Assembly (NCBI GenBank): GCA_950097015.1
Contig: CATNEN010000025.1
Span: 4,836,001-4,900,000, forward strand
Reading direction: 5' to 3'
Origin: Macrostomum hystrix
Taxonomy: Eukaryota; Animalia; Platyhelminthes
DNA length: 64,000 nt
The notes under the pieces were generated by a model. It worked only from the letters and a program-made list of their open reading frames with translations. It did no database searches and was not told where the DNA came from. Shown here in pieces: positions 61,430-64,000 of the stretch (position 1 is its first letter; each line of letters starts with the position of its first letter). The translations under genes were made by a program, and so were the position numbers.

Positions 61430-62200
61430 ATATCGTGTCTCATCTCTCCCCATTTATCTCTCTCGTGTCTCATCTCTCCCCATTTTATCTCTCTCGTGTC
61501 TCATCTCTCCCCATTTTATCTCTCTCGTGTCTCATCTCTCCCCCATTTTATCTCTCTGGTGTCTCATCTCTCCCCCATTTTATCTCTCTGGTGTCTCATC
61601 TCTCCCACATTTTATCTCTCTGGTGTCTCATCTCTCCCACATTTATCTCTCTCGTGCCTCAACTCTCCTCCCATTTATCTCTCTCGTGCTTCAACTCTCC
61701 TCCCATTTATCTCTCTCGTGTCTTAACTCTCCACCCATTTATCTCTCTCGTGTCTCAACTCTCCTCCCATTTATCTCTCTCGTGTCTCAGCTCTCCCACA
61801 TTTTTCTCTCTCGTATCTCATCTCTCCACCCATTTATCTCTCTCGTGTCTCAACTCTCCTCCCATTTATCTCTCTCGTGTCTCATCTCTCCCACATTTTT
61901 CTCTCTCGTATCTCATCTCTCCACCCATTTATCTCTCTCGTGTCTCAACTCTCCTCCCATTTATCTCTCTCGTGTCTCATCTCTCCCACATTTTTCTCTC
62001 TCGTGTCTCAACTCTCCTCCCATTTATCTCTCTCGTGTCTCAACTCTACTCCCATTTATCTCTCTCGTGTCTCAACTCTCCACCCATTTATCTCTCTCGT
62101 GTCTCAACTCTCCCACATTTTTCTCTCTCGTGTCTCAACTCTCCCCCCCTTTATCTCTCTCGTGTCTCATCTCTCCTGACTATTATCTCTCTCTTGAGTC
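61430..62200. repeat. About 30-bp pyrimidine-rich minisatellite (CTCTCGTGTCTCAACTCTCCTCCCATTTAT)
   Basis: Direct tandem repeats. Confidence 0.94.
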
Positions 62201-63129
62201 TCTCGAGTCTTATAGAATCCTTTGCAGTCGTTATGCATACTCGTAAGTTTTCCCTACCTTCTCCACCCCCCTTACTGGCAGACAGGCAAACCGGTATGCA
62301 AAAAATCGATCTAGTTCGCATTAGTTCTCAGACTCAGAGCCGAACGGAGCGGATGCAGCTTGGAGTGAAGTTTTGGGTTAGTGTGACAGACGAAACGATG
62401 ACTCAGCAGCTCTCAGCTGAGCATCCTTGTGAGCACTATTTCGCCCTAGAAATATAGTTGCCAAGCGGAAGGCGTCACCCAGCAGCGGATAAGGATACAG
62501 CTGAGTAAGGCTTTAGTTAACACTGCACTGAAATATTAATGAATCCGAGGACTTACTGGGCGTTGTTGGCCTCTGCTATTAAGGTGGAAAATGATCCCTG
62601 TACCTTTGCAGCGCTTTATTGACCCAACCTTTTCTAAGAAGGAAGTGAGGAAGGTAAATGTGGCGACTTAGTCCGAAAATTAATGAGTAATTGAGTAATT
62701 AGCATTAGAAGTCTAGCTAGAATGCAACAATCAAGTTTATTTCTGACCAGAAAATGTCTACTTAATAAGTAAACGGTTAAATAAGCTTTAAAAGCAATTA
62801 ATAAAAATAACTCTAAATTGTTTTCACCAGGCAAAATTTGATTCCAATAAAATAATAACAAATTGCGCAGTAAATGGAGTAATTTATGGCCAACATTGTG
62901 CCTGAACTACATTATTATTTCTCGTATTATTGGTTATTTTTTGTTAGAAACTGGTATAGCAAAGCTTTATGCATGTAAATTCAAATGGCTGCTGGTGGAT
63001 ATTTCCCGCTATTGATTCCTTCGGGAGTTGTATGCAGGTGGTACTCACTGAGATCCACCTTTAAAGTCCGAGAGACAGACTGACTGACAGTCTAGTTAGT
63101 TTCAGTTGCTATGCAAATACTGTTGAAAT

Positions 63130-64000
63130 CTACCATTCTCCCCTCTGTCTAATGAGCCATTCTCCCCTCTGTCTAATGAGCCATTCTGCCCTCTCTAATG
63201 AGCCATTCTGCCCTCTCTCTAATGAGCCATTCTCCCCTCTGTCTAATGAGCCATTCTCCCCTCTCTCTAATGAGCCATTCTCCCCTCTGTCTAATGAGCC
63301 ATTCTCCCCTCTCTCTAATGAGCCATTCACCCCTCTGTCTAATGAGCCATTCTGCCCTCTCTAATGAGCCATTCTGCCCTCTCTCTAATGAGCCATTCTC
63401 CCCTCTGTCTAATGAGCCATTCTCCCCTCTCTCTAATGAGCCATTCTCCCCTCTGTCTAATAAGCCATTCTCCCCTCTGTCTAATGAGCCATTCTCCCCT
63501 CTGTCTAATGAGCCATTCTGCCCTCTCTAATGAGCCATTCTGCCCTCTCTCTAATGAGCCATTCTCCCCTCTGTCTAATGAGCCATTCTCCCCTCTCTCT
63601 AATGAGCCATTCTCCCCTCTGTCTAATAAGCCATTCTCCCCTCTGTCTAATGAGCCATTCTCCCCTCTCTCTAATGAGCCATTCTGCCCTCTCTCTAATG
63701 AGCCATTCTCCCCTCTGTCTAATAAGCCATTCTCCCCTCTCTCTAATGAGCCATTCTGCCCTCTCTCTAATGAGCCATTCTCCCCTCTGTCTAATAAGCC
63801 ATTCTCCCCTCTCTCTAATGAGCCATTCTCCCCTCTCTCTAATGAGCCATTCTGCCCTCTCTCTAATGAGCCATTCTCCCCTCTGTCTAATAAGCCATTC
63901 TCCCCTCTGTCTAATAAGCCATTCTCCCCTCTCTCTAATGAGCCATTCTCCCCTCTGTCTAATAAGCCATTCTCCCCTCTCTCTAATGAGCCATTCACCC
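63130..64000. repeat. About 24-bp minisatellite (CTAATGAGCCATTCTCCCCTCTGT)
   Basis: Direct tandem repeats running off the window end. Confidence 0.96.

Noticed and set aside
61215-64000. ORFs of 200-350 aa at the window end
   Set aside because: They are translations of the 30-bp and 24-bp minisatellites.

Overview
Eukaryotic, intron-rich and minisatellite-rich animal DNA. It resembles the free-living flatworm Macrostomum lignano, but that is an inference from style only. Most long ORFs in the supplied track are artefacts of tandem repeats. I reconstructed five spliced genes by hand with phase-consistent GT-AG junctions: (1) an unnamed minus-strand helical/spectrin-repeat-like gene with 11 exons (25535 to 4060, continuing past the window start); (2) GPR180/TMEM145-family receptor (+); (3) Tob (+); (4) Lin-28 (-); (5) a GAS2-family CH+GAR gene (-). 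Repeats include two tRNA-derived SINE families, a head-to-tail Helentron/HINE-like array, a foldback-like inverted structure of about 8 kb, an RNase H-bearing LINE relic and more than 20 tandem arrays. Two observations stand out. First, a complete type I hammerhead ribozyme at 10699-10741 sits between a Pol III A box and B box, where the anticodon arm of a tRNA would be, inside a tandem, self-complementary unit of about 384 nt (retrozyme / Sm-alpha-like). Second, Lin-28 has an N-terminal extension that resembles the C-terminal half of the CaMKII hub (NTF2-like) domain and is joined to the cold-shock domain within one exon. No searches or folding programs were run; all family assignments come from motif recognition.
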